A DNA stretch of 64,000 nt, taken from contig OZ024740.1 in assembly GCA_964016885.1 (NCBI GenBank), positions 42,284,001-42,348,000 on the forward strand, read 5' to 3'. The notes beneath the pieces are model-generated. The model saw only the letters and a program-made list of their open reading frames with translations, did not search any database and had not been told where the DNA came from. Below are positions 13,201-25,899 of this stretch, in pieces. Made by a program: the position numbers and the translations under genes. Each line of letters begins with the position of its first letter. The first letter of the stretch is position 1. This DNA comes from Eledone cirrhosa. Taxonomy: Eukaryota.

Positions 13201-14063
13201 TGAGTTAATTTCTCTCTGGAAGATTTCGTTGAGGGAAATTTTCAATTGTTTATACTTTTGATTATTATTACAATATTTTCCCCAACTGTCGGGGTAGACT
13301 CGGATGGTATACGTGGTGTCACATTTATTCGATTATTATTATTATCGATAGTGGATTGGCAGTGGATTGGCGGTGGATTGGCAGTATCAGTAGAGGGTCG
13401 GACGCCATGCATTCCAGCCTAGTTACGTCCCTTTACGATCTGAGTTCAAATCGCGCCGAGGTTGACTTTGCCTTTCATCCTTACGGGGTCGATAAAATAA
13501 AGTACCAGTAATGCACTGGGTAATTGCTGGCCTTGTGCCTAAAGTAGAGACAATTATTATTATCGATAGTGTTTTCCCCAGCATTCGAGGTGGACTTAGA
13601 TGGTACAGTTGGTGTCAAGTTTCTTACAGGCATAGTTGTTTCAAGGCGCTGTTCGATCTGGCTGCTAGGAAGTCTAGTAGCATGGCGATCGTAGCACGTG
13701 TTGTTGATTCCATGTTTGTTGTGGGGGACTTACAATTAATAATATTTATCTTATTTTTACGTTTAACAAACGTTGCTTGTTGGCGTAATTGTTTCGCTGT
13801 GAAATAATGTAGGTATGGGTGTATTTCGTCCCAGTGTAGCTTCATTCTATTCATACAGCCAATGGAGGGATTGTTTTTTGCCATTTTATAACAATTAAAT
13901 AAATCATTATTAAGTTCGCAACTCCAAGAGAAATGCGATTTATAATTTCGGTTTCTTCTGTAGCTACAACTGAATAAAGTTTGATTACCTTCTTTGTTAT
14001 TTGTCTTCTATACTTCCTTAATTTTGTTGTTAATGTTGTGTTCAGCCTTGCTGTTTGTAGCAA
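10230..14063 (-). mobile_element. R4/Dong-type non-LTR retrotransposon (RT + CCHC + restriction-like endonuclease), frameshifted
   Basis: ORF pieces show NYRPIAC, WLDYRKAFDSVPH, IFQGDSLS, FFVDDLKLY, YRYLG and LYLKRKQGGRGL, then CRLC...HVINSC, RHD and RPDIMIWDREKK..VVEI (RLE). Confidence 0.9.
13370..13560 (+). mobile_element. Abundant ~190-bp SINE inserted into the R4 element
   Basis: Consensus ggcggtggattggcagtatc..gagttcaaat..ggggtcgataaaataaagtaccag..gtagaaacaattatt. It is flanked by the duplicated attattattatcgatagtg (target-site duplication). Confidence 0.9.
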
Positions 14064-14336
14064 ATCCTTGTAAAATGAATTATGTATTTATTCGGATATC
14101 TCTACGAATTCGAATAAAAGGTGTCTTCAGAGGGGATAGTTAGAAGAATAACCAGTTATTCAACCTGGCTGTAGTTGTGGCATTACTGTCGGAGATAGTA
14201 TTCAACTTAAATTTAATAAATAGTCTCCCACGCCAAAATATGCGACTGATCGCGTTGACTGATATGTATGTATGTGTGTACGTATGTATGTATGTATGTA
14301 TGTATGTATGTATGTATGTATGTATGTATGTATACG

Positions 14337-14468
14337 TTCAGCGCATCGGTAGGGTTCTCCTACATGGATATAAAGTAGTGGCCGTACTCGAAAACGAGTT
14401 GGCAGCCACCATGTATGTATGTATGTATGTATGTATGTATGTATGTATGTATGTATGTATGTATGTAT
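14337..14468 (+). mobile_element. 3' end of an RTE-like element with a (ATGT)n tail
   Basis: gtagtggccgtactcgaaaacgagttggcagccacc-(atgt)n matches the 3' end of the 36.3-37.5 kb units. Related tails occur at ~20664-20720 and ~20957-21005. Confidence 0.75.
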
Positions 14469-14693
14469 GGGACGAAATGCACCGAGAGCTAAATTATTTC
14501 ACAGCGAAACAATTACGCCAACAAGCGACGTTTGTTGAACGTAAAAATGAGATAAATATTATTAATTGTAAGTCCCCCACAACAAACATGGAATCAACAA
14601 CACGTGCTACGATCGCCATGCTACTAGACTTCCTAGCAGCCAGTTCGAACAGCGCCTTGAAACAACTATGCCTGTAAGTAACTTGACACCAAC

Positions 14694-17600
14694 GAAGGAC
14701 CGCTCTTGTTGCAAAGGAGCTTCGACGTTACGATCTTTCATCGTGGCTTTGTCTGAGACGAGGTTAGCTGGAGATGGTCATCTTACGGAATTTTGTGGAG
14801 AATATACATTCTTCTGGAAAGGAAGAGATGAAGGAACCAGAAGAGAGGCTGGGGTAGTATTTGCTGTTAAGACTGTACTTGTGAACAAATTAGAAGAATT
14901 CCCAGTAGGGATTAGTGAGCGCCTTATGTCCATGAGAGTTCCGCTGGACAAGGGAAGATATGCTACCCTGGTGAGTGTGTATGCTCCAACTATGAGTTCT
15001 GTCTATGAGGAAAAGGTGTCCTTTTACCATGCCTTGAAAGGTGTTTTAAGAAATATCCCTCAGGCACACAAAGTCATCGTGCTTGGTGACTTTAATGCTA
15101 GAGTGGGTAGGGATTTTAACACATGGAATGTAATCGGAAGGCATGAGGTGGGAAAGTGTAACAGCAATGGTATGCTCCTGCTGCAGATGTGTGAAGAGCT
15201 GGATCTGTGTGTTACCAACACCATGTTCCAACAAAAGAACAAATTCAAGACCACATGGATGCATCCTGCATCTAAAGAATGGCATCTTTTGGACTACGTC
15301 CTAGTCAGGATGCGTGACAGACAGGATGTGCAGTGTGTTCGTACTCTCCGTGGAGCTGAGTGCTGGACGGACCACCGCCTGGTACGTGCAAAAGTGAAAC
15401 TAATCACTAAACGTAAAATCCGGGCTCCTGGTGTTGCCCTGCCCAAAAGATTGAATGCTGCTCGTCTTAAGGATAAAAATGTGAAGAGGACATTGGAAGA
15501 AGAGATGCAGGCTGCAGATCTTCGTGAGGATTGGCCGACCCTTAAAAACTCGGTTTATGATGTAGGCAGGCGTGTTCTGGGATTGGCGCAGAGGAAACAT
15601 CAGGACTGGTTTGATGAGAATGATGTACATATAGAAGACTTGTTGGCTGATAAGAGGCGTGCTCTGTCACGCTACTTGACGGGAAAACCACAGGAGAGGA
15701 ATACGTTGCATGAGGAACTCAGGGATGTAAAATCACGTGTTAGGCGGAGTCTTTCTCAGATGAAGGATCAGTGGTGGAGTGAGAAGGCTGGTGAGATACA
15801 AACTGCGTCTGATTCCAATAACACAAAGCTGTTGTACAGTCTCTTGCGTGAGGTTTATGGACCGTCTTCTTCTCTGGTGACACCGCTTCGCAGCAAGGAT
15901 GGCAAAGAACTTCTTCGTGACTCACAGGGAATTCTACGAAGGTGACGAGAGCACTTTGATGATTTTTTTGAATCAGCCGTCTGTCGTCAGTGAAAATTTC
16001 CTCAATCTCATTCCAGAAAGTCCAGTGAAAGTAGCTCTCGCAAAACCTCCGACGCTTGTGGAGGTTGCAGTGGCTATTTCGAAGCTGAACAGTGGAAGAT
16101 CTCCAGGTATGGATGGCATACATGCTGAGCTCCTACAATATGGTGGTGAGAGACTCCTGCAACATCTTCACTCTTTGTTTGGCAGGATATGGGCTAATGA
16201 ATCCGTACCTGAGGATTGGAGAGATGCAGTAATGGTGGTCTTGTACAAGGGAAAGGGTAACAGGAACGATTGTGGGAACTACAGAGGTATATCATTGCTT
16301 TCTGTCGTAGGGAAAATTTTATGTAGGGTGCTTCTGGACCGTCTGCTGACACACATTGCAGACTGTGTTCTTCCTGAAAGTCAATCTGGTTTTCGTGCTG
16401 GACGCGGCACTACTGATATGATCTTCTCAGCTAGACAGCTCCAGGAGAAGTGCATGGAACAAGGCTTGGATCTGTATCAGGTTTTTGTCGATCTGACAAA
16501 AGCTTTCGATACTGTTAACAGAAATGCATTATGGAAGGTTCTCCAGAAACTTGGTTGCCCTGATAAGTTCCTTGCTTTAGTTAGGTCTTTCCATGACGAC
16601 ATGAAGGCTTGGGTTAATGTCAGGGGTAACATGTTGGAGCCTATCTCAGTAAAAAATGGAGTGAAACAGGGGGATATTCCAGCACCGACCCTGTTTGCCA
16701 TATACTTTGCAATGGTTTTCTGTATTGCGAGCATGGTGTTTACATCCGATATAGAACCTCAGGCAGCATATTTAACATCAGACGCTTTGCTACGAAGACA
16801 AAAGTATTTACATCAATCATAAGAGACCTCTTGTATGCAGATGATTGCGATCTTGTAGCGCACACAGAGAGTGATATGCAGCACATTTTGAATGCATTTT
16901 CTGACGCTTGCACTGCCCTAGGTCTGACTGTCAGTCTCAAGAAAACCGTCGTCATGTACCAACCTGCCCCTGGTAGGCAGTACACTGAACCAAGCATCTA
17001 TGTGTATGGCAAACGGCTTGGAGTGGTTGATCAGTTTGTCTACCTGGGAAGCACTGTCAATCGATACAGCAACCTTGACAGTGAAATCTCACTTAGGATT
17101 AGGAAAGCAAGTGATGCTTTCGGAAAGCTAGAAAGGCGACTCTGGGGTCGGCGAGACATATGCAGGAGCACAAAGGTAAAGGTGTACAGGGCATGTGTGC
17201 TCTCTTGTCTTCTTTATGCCTGCGAGACCTGTGTCACATATCGACACCACCTTAAGCAATTGGAGCGTTTCCATCAGATGTGTCTCAGACGGATCCATGG
17301 CGTTCACTGGAGGGACGACATCAGTGATGTTGAGATTTTGGAAAGCTCTATGTGTGACAGTATAGAAGCTCTTGTGCTTAAGCAACGACTCCGTTGGAGT
17401 GGTCACCTTGCCAGGATGAAGGATTCTAGAATACCAAAACAACTCTTTTATGGAGAGTTGATTAAAGGAAAACGACCGCCACATAAACCAAAAAAGACGT
17501 ATAAGGATTCCTTGAAAGCCTCTCTGAAAGACGCTAACATCTCTGCTGATACATGGGAGAATATTGCTGCTGATCGTAATAAATGGTGAAAGACTGTATA

Positions 17601-17997
17601 TGAGGGACAATTTGCCTTTGAGGCATCTCGAATCGCATACGAGAAAGTAAAGCGGCATGTGAGGAAGGGCATTGCTGTTGCACTTCCAGACGGCGAGGGT
17701 CCTCCTATGGTGCTGACATGCAGCGTATGTGCGAGACTCTGCCTAAGCAAAGCTGGACTCGAAAGTCATCTTCGCAGTCATAAAGTAAGACCAGTGGTTG
17801 ACTACCAGGCTGCTGTTGGAGATGCTACTCATCATGCTTGCCAAACATGTGGTAGAGAATGTAAATCAGCAGGAGGGCTCAAGCGACATGCAAAAGTACA
17901 CGAACTCCAACCACAGCCGACTATTCCCAGTAAATGTTTTGGTTGCCGACTCTGTGCAAGTGGGCTAAAAAGCCATATTCGATCGCAGCGCTGTTAG
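14694..17997 (+). mobile_element. RTE-clade LINE (APE endonuclease + RT + C-terminal C2H2 fingers), frameshifted and 5'-truncated
   Basis: VALSETR, SVYAPT, LGDFNARVG, LLDYV and WTDH (APE); NYRGISLLS, FVDLTKAFD, GVKQG, YADD, YLGS and RLRWSGHL (RT); terminal CxxC..HxxxH motifs. Confidence 0.95.
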
Positions 17998-18121
17998 TTG
18001 CTATCGTGTATGTGTGTATGTGTAGATATGCTTATGTGTGTGCGTGTGTGTGTATATATATATGTATATGTATATTATTATTGTTGTTGTCATTATTATT
18101 ATTGTTGTTATTATTATTATT

Positions 18122-19214
18122 ACCAGATAGAAAAATGCGTACAGCAAAAAAAAAGTAATATTGTTGGAATATAAACCTTTAAAAATACAGGACAAGAAAC
18201 TAAAATAAAACTTTATAAGAATAGGACAAGAAACTAAGATAAAACTTTAAAAGAATAGGATAAGAAACTAAGATAAAACTTTAAAGAATTGGACAAGAAA
18301 TAAAAAATGTTACAATATTAGTGGCAAATTTGTTATTGGTAAAAAATCGAGTTCCACATTCATAGGCTCTGGGCTCCACATTCAGAGGTCGTCGTCAGAC
18401 CGGGGGGATCATTTGATCCTGGTTTGAACACCAATTGGGCCATAACCATACCCGTATTTCATCATTCGGCGACACGCCTCATGTGTCATGCATAATGTGA
18501 ATGGACCCATGGGCCCATGAGCACAGATCTTGAGCAGCAGCGGACGGTCTTGTCGTCCCGCTCATCCTTGATCTTGACCAACCCGTCCATCTTCTCCTTG
18601 CATCTTGTCCTTGAGTTCAAGTCCGGCAGTGCAGATGAATGCGTGCCACAGCTTTCTGGTACAGGATGGGGGAGCAGGAGGACTGGAGGGATGACGGGAC
18701 AGAGGGAGGGAGAACCGGTGGTTGAGGGTGGTGCCGTAGTCGGTGGTCAGAGTCGACATCTTGTCCCGCTCGTCTTCTCCATCTTCGTCTGGTATTGCGG
18801 GACCAGAAGTGCATTTTTGGAGGAGACCTGCAGCTGCATCGGCCAATTCTTCTTGCAATGGTCATTCTGACGGAGCAGAACTGCTCAGCCAACCAACCCC
18901 GACCAGAACCAACCGCTCAGGGGCAACGCACAATGAGAGCATGACAATTATTATGCACTAATCAAGAAGATACTGGGGCATAGCACAGGAAACGAATAAA
19001 AAATTTTTGCCACTAATATTATTGTAACATTTTTTATTTCTTGTCCAATTCTTTAAAGTTTTATCTTAGTTTCTTGTCCTATTCTTTTAAAGTTTTATCT
19101 TAGTTTCTTGTCCTATTCTTTTAAAGTTTTATTTTAGTTTCTTGTCCTGTATTCTTAAAGGTTTATATTCCAACAATATTACTTGTTTTTGCTGTACGCA
19201 TTTTTCTATCTGGT
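18122..19214. repeat. ~210-bp inverted repeats with internal ~31-bp subrepeats enclosing a GC-rich ~670-bp segment
   Basis: 18122-18329 is the reverse complement of ~19001-19214 with few mismatches. Confidence 0.9.
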
Positions 19215-19487
19215 CTACTATTTTTTAAGGCAATGCAAGCAACAACTATCTAATAATTAAATGATCATAGTGAATTACTGACAAGTGATTGACATTTTAA
19301 AGTTCTTTTGAGTATAATTGCAATCTAGTTGAGGCAACTGGCTTAATGACAAAGCTAGTAAATCATGAATGCATTTGAGATGATTAGTGCATAATAGTGA
19401 ATTGGTGAAACTTGTGCATTTCAATGGTGTTACAACAATAGATGTAAGTTATATAGTAGTAATACTTTATCATTTTAACTTTTTAGA

Positions 19488-19847
19488 ATGGACAAAAACC
19501 CATGCAAAGAAATGACTTTGACTGCAGTGATTCTCTCCAATTTACTTACAAAGCAAAACGTGGTCAAATACCTTATCATCTCTGATAAAATGCCCATTGA
19601 ATCACTGAAAATCGGATGCATGGAAATCCTCATAAAATGCACCTATGAATCGGAAGCCATCACATATATCAATGGATATAGGGAGTTGTCCACACTGGAA
19701 GACCATCACTTCATTTGTGACTTCATCAGTTATCTCCACGATTATCTCAGACACCCAATGCCATTGATGAGAGGTGATCCAATGTATGAGCATGTAACTA
19801 ATCTTATAGAAGTTGTTATCGACCACCTGGCTATTAGTGACATTTGA
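19488..19847 (+). CDS. Hypothetical 119-aa protein (possible exon or TE cargo)
   Basis: Complex, uninterrupted ORF preceded by a pyrimidine-rich acceptor-like ttttaactttttag. No family recognised. Confidence 0.4.
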   Translation: MDKNPCKEMTLTAVILSNLLTKQNVVKYLIISDKMPIESLKIGCMEILIKCTYESEAITYINGYRELSTLEDHHFICDFISYLHDYLRHPMPLMRGDPMYEHVTNLIEVVIDHLAISDI

Positions 19848-20279
19848 CTGATTTGACTGATAATGATGTATTTTTAAAAAGTATGTGTACATTCTTGTTA
19901 CTATTTTAAGGCAATACAAGCAACAACTATTTAATAAAATTTAAATTTAAAAATGATCATTGTGCATTACTAGTATGATGACATTTTATTAAGTCACAAA
20001 ATTAGTCAGTCAGCCATAGAACAAGGATCAGGTGGCAAAAACATTGGCAAAAATGTGTGTCAATTTAAGATTTCCAACATTGTTCAAATGAATCATATCT
20101 GGTTTGAAGTCAGATTTGTCAAATTTTGACCAATTTTCAATGTTGTGAAGATTGGGCAAGTTCAATTTTTGAATCATTTCTTTCATGCAGTAATTAAACT
20201 TTTCCAAACGTCGTCATTTCTGGATTACCTCCCCTAGCGTCACGCTTACTACTCACTCACTTGAACACAAGATTTATCA

Positions 20280-20490
20280 GCAAACTTTGATTATAAACTT
20301 TTTCCCGCTGGACCAAATTTCTAGATTTTTAAGCCAAAAGATGCGTAATGATCTACTGTTCATGCTCATATAAGTTTTATCTCAGTTAAATAAAGTAGAG
20401 CCGCGCTGTACTGTCGTAAACAGACGATTGCCAACAAAAACACGACCACAACAATATTACTAAACGGACTGCAGTCCGTTTAGGATTATT
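20280..20490 (-). mobile_element. Helentron/HINE-like terminus with a perfect 24-bp palindrome
   Basis: ctaaacggactg|cagtccgtttag (20460-20483) abuts ttattatt. The layout is reminiscent of non-autonomous Helentron ends. Confidence 0.4.
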
Positions 20491-21097
20491 ATTGTTATTA
20501 ATGTATGTGTGTGTGTATATGTGTGTGTGAGTGTGTGTGTGTATATATATGTATGTATATGTATATATATATATATATTTCTCTTTTTTTATTTTTATAT
20601 TCTTTTTATTTATTTATTATTATTTTTTATTTTTTATTTTTTTCTTTTCTTTTTTTTTCTTTCTCCTCGTGCAATGGCCATACTCGATAACGAGGGGGCA
20701 GCCATCATGTATGTATGTACATGCATATGTATATACATATATATGCACAGAGACAGAAATATTCAGGCTGGTGTCTGAGTTGGTTCCGAGGTTGTTGATC
20801 TGTTCCTTTGAGATTATAGCTATTGTTGCTTTGTGAGTGGGATTGGTCCAGTACAAGGCCTTTACTCACCATAAAAAATGTTCACGCACATATAACACTT
20901 GATACCATGGGATATTTGGATGATATTAACAACCACTTGATTCAAACTGATGCCGTTTGGTAGCTATACTCTATCACCGGGTGGCTGCCATCATGTATGT
21001 ATGTATTTGCATATATATATATATATATATGTATGTGCGTGTGTGTGTGTGTGTGTGTATAGTCTGCGGTGTCGGGGCCGTATTATATGTATGTATG

Positions 21098-21343
21098 TGT
21101 GTAACAGCTCACACCTATGCAGGTTTAGCTGGCCTCCTCCAAGGTATATCTCGCTGGAGGTGTCTTGGGTGATTTAATGATAGGGACCCCAGTCCTATCA
21201 TCTCATTTCTACAGCTGAGTAAACTGGAGAAACGTGAAATAAAGTGTCTTGCTCAAGGAAATAACACATCACCCGGTCCGTGAATTGAACTCACAACCTT
21301 TTGATTGCAAGCGCAATGCTCTAACCACTAAGCCATGCGCCTT
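21098..21343 (-). mobile_element. tRNA-derived SINE (second family)
   Basis: A box (tggcttagtggttagag), B box (gagttcaattc), a ccttgagcaagacac core and a (CA)n tail. A copy lies at 49098-49345 (+). Confidence 0.85.
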
Positions 21344-21601
21344 ACTATAAATCAGGGGAGTACTCTATTCATGGGAAAAAGGAGAGTTGGCTAAATGAAA
21401 AACTCACTAAAAGCAGGACATGATAAGTCGTAATGTTTTGTTATTTCGATACTAATTATTATTCTGTTTATGACAATTATTTGTATTTCTATTTATATTG
21501 TGTTTGTTACTGCTGATATTATAAATGTATAAATATAAAAAAATCTTTAAAAAAACCCAAACAAATATAATATAACAACAAAATAGCTTCGACTGCACGG
21601 A

Positions 21602-21790
21602 CAGTGGATTGGCAGTATCGGTAGAGGGTCAGACGCCATGCTTTGCAGCATAGAGTTACGTCCCTTTACAGACTGAGTTCAAATCCCGCCGAGGTTAACT
21701 TTGCCTTTCATCCTTACGGGTTCGATAAAATAAAGTACCAGTAATGTACTGAGTGATTGCTGGCCTTGTGCCAAAAGTAGAAACAATTAT
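21602..21790 (+). mobile_element. ~190-bp SINE copy
   Basis: Matches the family consensus over its full length. Confidence 0.9.
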
Positions 21791-23659
21791 ATGAAATTAC
21801 CGGAATTACAAATCAATAAATACCCCCACCGTAGTTTGTGTTGAAGTAACTTTCTCTTACATCCAATCAAATCTGATGTATTTCAGGATTCGACTTTGTA
21901 TTGTACCCCCCCCCCCCCCCACACACACACCATGTATATCACAGGCCTATTTAAAGTCGCATCCAAGAACAAAGACTCCTGCACAGATAATACCACCCTT
22001 TATTTTTCTCTAAACTTTGGCACCCATGCTTCACCAAGATGTAATCTAGACCTTGAACCACCGATCTCACCGGCTTTGGAGGGATATATTCCTCCTTCAG
22101 ATCAAACCAATAAAATAAGGACTTAGCTTCTGACAACGTGAGCCTGCGACAGAATTTCGATTTTCAATTGAAATCATTCTCACAATATTATTCAAAATGA
22201 AGTCTTTATTTTAAGCATCTCCTCATTGACTTTTTTAAATATGTTTTGTTTGTACCTAGTTTTAATATACCACACATCGTTTCAGATATGTATATATATT
22301 ATTAAACAACTAAAGAATCTGTATTTAACCATCACCACATCACAGTTTCAACACAATTGCTGAATTCTGAGCTCAAATGCAAGTCACAAATATAATTATT
22401 GTCTAATCTAAATAAGTGATTGGATTTCTGATATAGAATCAAATACATTTACTTTAGTGCATTTGATATGAATCCATTTAATTTCACTGCCGTATGTCTT
22501 AATAACAATCAAGTTTATCTCTTATATTACTAATGTTACTCTTAATTATATATTCAATTTACCTTATATTATTGTTGATTATATAGAGAGGGTGAGAAAG
22601 AGAGTGAGATTGCGAAGAGTGTTATAACAAATAGGATTACGAGAAGAATCTCTTTGGTTTAAGAAATGCTTTTACACAGATATTAACCATACTCTCCTTG
22701 GCAAGAACATATTTTAATAACACTGATTCTGTAAATATCTGAACACTCTGCTGCAACACATCTACTCTCAAATTTCTAAATTCAGATTGAATACACATTG
22801 CGATTGTGTGGATATATTTTAACGTGCATATCTTGGCTCAGCCTCAGAACAGGGTTTAAAACCAGTCTAACATATTAAATAGCACTTCCGTTGAATTATA
22901 TAACGTTTCAGTCCCTTACAACCTTAAGCTCTGGCTCACTAGAATACCTTATTTACAAACCAGTCAACGAGATTTCATTGATTTTGTTGTAAGTATTGTC
23001 TAGTAACATTATGAGCCGTCAATATAGAAATCCAAGTTTTTCTACGAATCTGCTCTATGATATATGAATTCAAACAATAGTTCTATTTCAATGAATTTAC
23101 GCAATACTTTTAGACCCCCAAATACGATTATTTAATTTAACCGTTGCTTAGTAGTCAGTGTTTCAATAACCAGACAACTGTATAAAGCTAATCGCATTTA
23201 GTCGGTATATAAATCATTTAGTGATTCCATTACTATAATTTAAAACCAAATATCCCTAAGTGAAAGCCAACGATAAAAACAGAATGTGATCGCTGGACCT
23301 AGGAGAAATAACAGCCAAATATTTGAAAGATCAACGACTTACACAAAGTATATGAGGATACATATATCGAGTTCTAGATATACTATGTTTGAAGTGTTGG
23401 TGAATAGTCTACTCAATGAGGATTGTAGAAGTTATCGATTAATAATGCCAACAACAACATAACTATTGAAATATTTCTCAACAAAGAAACAAGTCAATTC
23501 TGTTAATATTTCATATGTATTTCTCCCCTTGCTAAAGAAATATACAATCATGCTTAGCTTAGCTTTTGTAGTGTTTCGAGTCTGACAGCATTGTTTAAAA
23601 ACTATAATATTCTGCTAAATTCTATTTTAGTATGAATTGATTTCTTGCTCAGACATAAT

Positions 23660-23715
<56 letters not shown>

Positions 23716-24677
23716 GATTATGTGAATTTCATAACTTTTTCAAGAACTTAACATCATAGCAGAAGTGAATTGTCGTCAGCTAAGAATAAAAAATACCTCG
23801 ACGCCCTTTTGTTACAGTAAATACATACAACTGAAAAATATTTTGTGTATTATATATCATGTTGGAAGATATTTCGAATGAGAAAATAACAACAAAGTTT
23901 TCTTAATACATATACGTCTGTATTGCTGAAGACGAAGGTTTTGAATACATTTGTCATATAAAGCTTGTTAAACTCTTCTTAGTCTTCTTTCGTTTCACTA
24001 CCCCAAAGATGATTCAAAGGCTTCAGCTGGGTAAATACAGAGTTTATACTTCCAAAATTTGAAGAAGAATTTACAAGTGAGGGGCGTGTTACCATTTTAT
24101 TTATCTGTTGTTTACACATTCTATCAGATAATCACTTACCACAACTTCCGGTAACTACGAACGTTTCTTGGTTTCTCAAAAATTATTTTTTTATTTTTTT
24201 TATTCTACAAATCTGTTTATACAAAACAAGCACTATTAAAGGAAACAAAAAAGAAAGAGATGAAAAGAAGGAAAAGAAAACATAATTAAACAGCGAAAGA
24301 AAGGGAGAGGGGGAGGTGGAGATCGAGTCGCAGCACCTTACATTCCAAATTAGGGATTTTCTCCCTTGGAAGATAAGAAGGTTAACCTGTCGAGGCGCTT
24401 GCCAACGCCACGGTCGAGGCCAGACGACTCAAATTGTAACGGAAAGCCGGCTGAGTCGCGGCCCCATCTGATGATGTCGTTATAAATACATATACAATAT
24501 AGAGATAAATCCCCATGCTTGAATTTAATAAAAGAGTGCAGCCCAAGTCCCCTACCTCTTTGCTGTGGGCCCTGAGAACTGACCACTTTTATCTGAACTC
24601 AATCAGGCGAACTACAACAATCTGAAACAGCAACAATCTCATACGCAAGAAGAAGTAAAATAGTAAAGCATGTATTT

Positions 24678-25310
24678 GGGCGGTGGATCGGCTGTATCGG
24701 TAGAGGGTCGGACGCCATGCTTTGCAACATAGAGTTAAGCTCTTTTACGGTCTGGGTTCAAATCCCTCCGAGGTTAACTTTGCCTTTCATCCTTATGGGG
24801 TCGATAAAATAATGTACCAGTAATGCACTGGGATAATTGCTGGCCTTGTGCCCAAAGTAAGAACAAATATTGTTATATATTTGGGCGATGGATCGGCAGT
24901 ATCAGTAGAGGGTTGGACGCTATGCTTTGCAGCATAGAGTTACGGCCATTTACGGTCTGAGTTCAAATCCCTGCGAGGTCAACCTTGCCTTTCATCCCTA
25001 CGGGGTCGATAAAATAAAGCACCAGTAGTGCCCTGTGATAATTGCTGGCCTTGTGCCAAAAATAGAAACAATTATTATTATGTATTTGTAAGGGCAGTGG
25101 GTTGGCAGAATAAGTAGAACCTCGAACACATGCTTAGCAGTATTTGTCCAGTATTTATGTTCTGAGTTCAAATTTCCATAGAGGAATACTTTGACATTTA
25201 TCTTTCAGGGGTCGATAAAATAAAGTACCGGTAATGTATTGAGATTGGTTCAATCAACTTAGCCCTTGCCTCAAATTTGTTGACTTTGTACCAAAATTAG
25301 AAATCTATAA
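24678..25310 (+). mobile_element. Three head-to-tail SINE copies
   Basis: Units start at ~24678, 24883 and 25091; the third is a divergent subfamily. Confidence 0.88.
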
Positions 25311-25899
25311 TTACGCACATATTTTATTATACCTCCGGCTGATTTGTTACGCTTTTTTACCTGTTTGAAACGTTTTTTTTCTCTATTTAATTTCACTGTT
25401 AATCTCAAATACCCGTATATTTCATTCTCTTTATTTTTTAAATCTTCAGATTTCTTCAGGTCGATCTATAGTCAATAGAATCATTCAGTGTGTAGTGTGT
25501 AATGGTCTGTTAATATTAAAAAAACATAGGGTAGGTTTTTCTTCATATTGAAATGGTTTAATTTTGTAAAAAGCACGAAGTCTTGTGCCGCATCAATGAA
25601 CACAACTTCTCTGAAAAATGTATAGGTTTTGTAACTGACAAAATAAGTCACGTCATATCTTCTTCTTCTTCTTCTTCCAAAATATTTTTGCTCATATTTA
25701 TTATCTAGCGTTTAATTCAATATTCGGGATATTCGGGAAGCAGAGAAGACTACATGCATTCACTGTATCAATGGTCTGATATTGTGGGGGGACAAGCAAA
25801 CCTAGCTAATAGAATCTGCTACAGGGTTTCTATTTCTCGGGAGAATTGTTTTCATTTACATCACTTATGTACTGTAGAATTGTAGAAATGCCACATTAT

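Noticed and set aside
14085-14155. CTGAAGA plus a hairpin near the 5' end of the R4 element as a hammerhead
   Set aside because: No properly placed GAAA or stem III.
14177-14677. 166-aa ORF
   Set aside because: A chimera of (TATG)n, an RTE tail and the inverted R4 fragment.
23715-23960. Two partial HHR-like cores (CTGACGA minus, CTGAAGA plus)
   Set aside because: The stems do not pair convincingly, and one has GAAT instead of GAAA.
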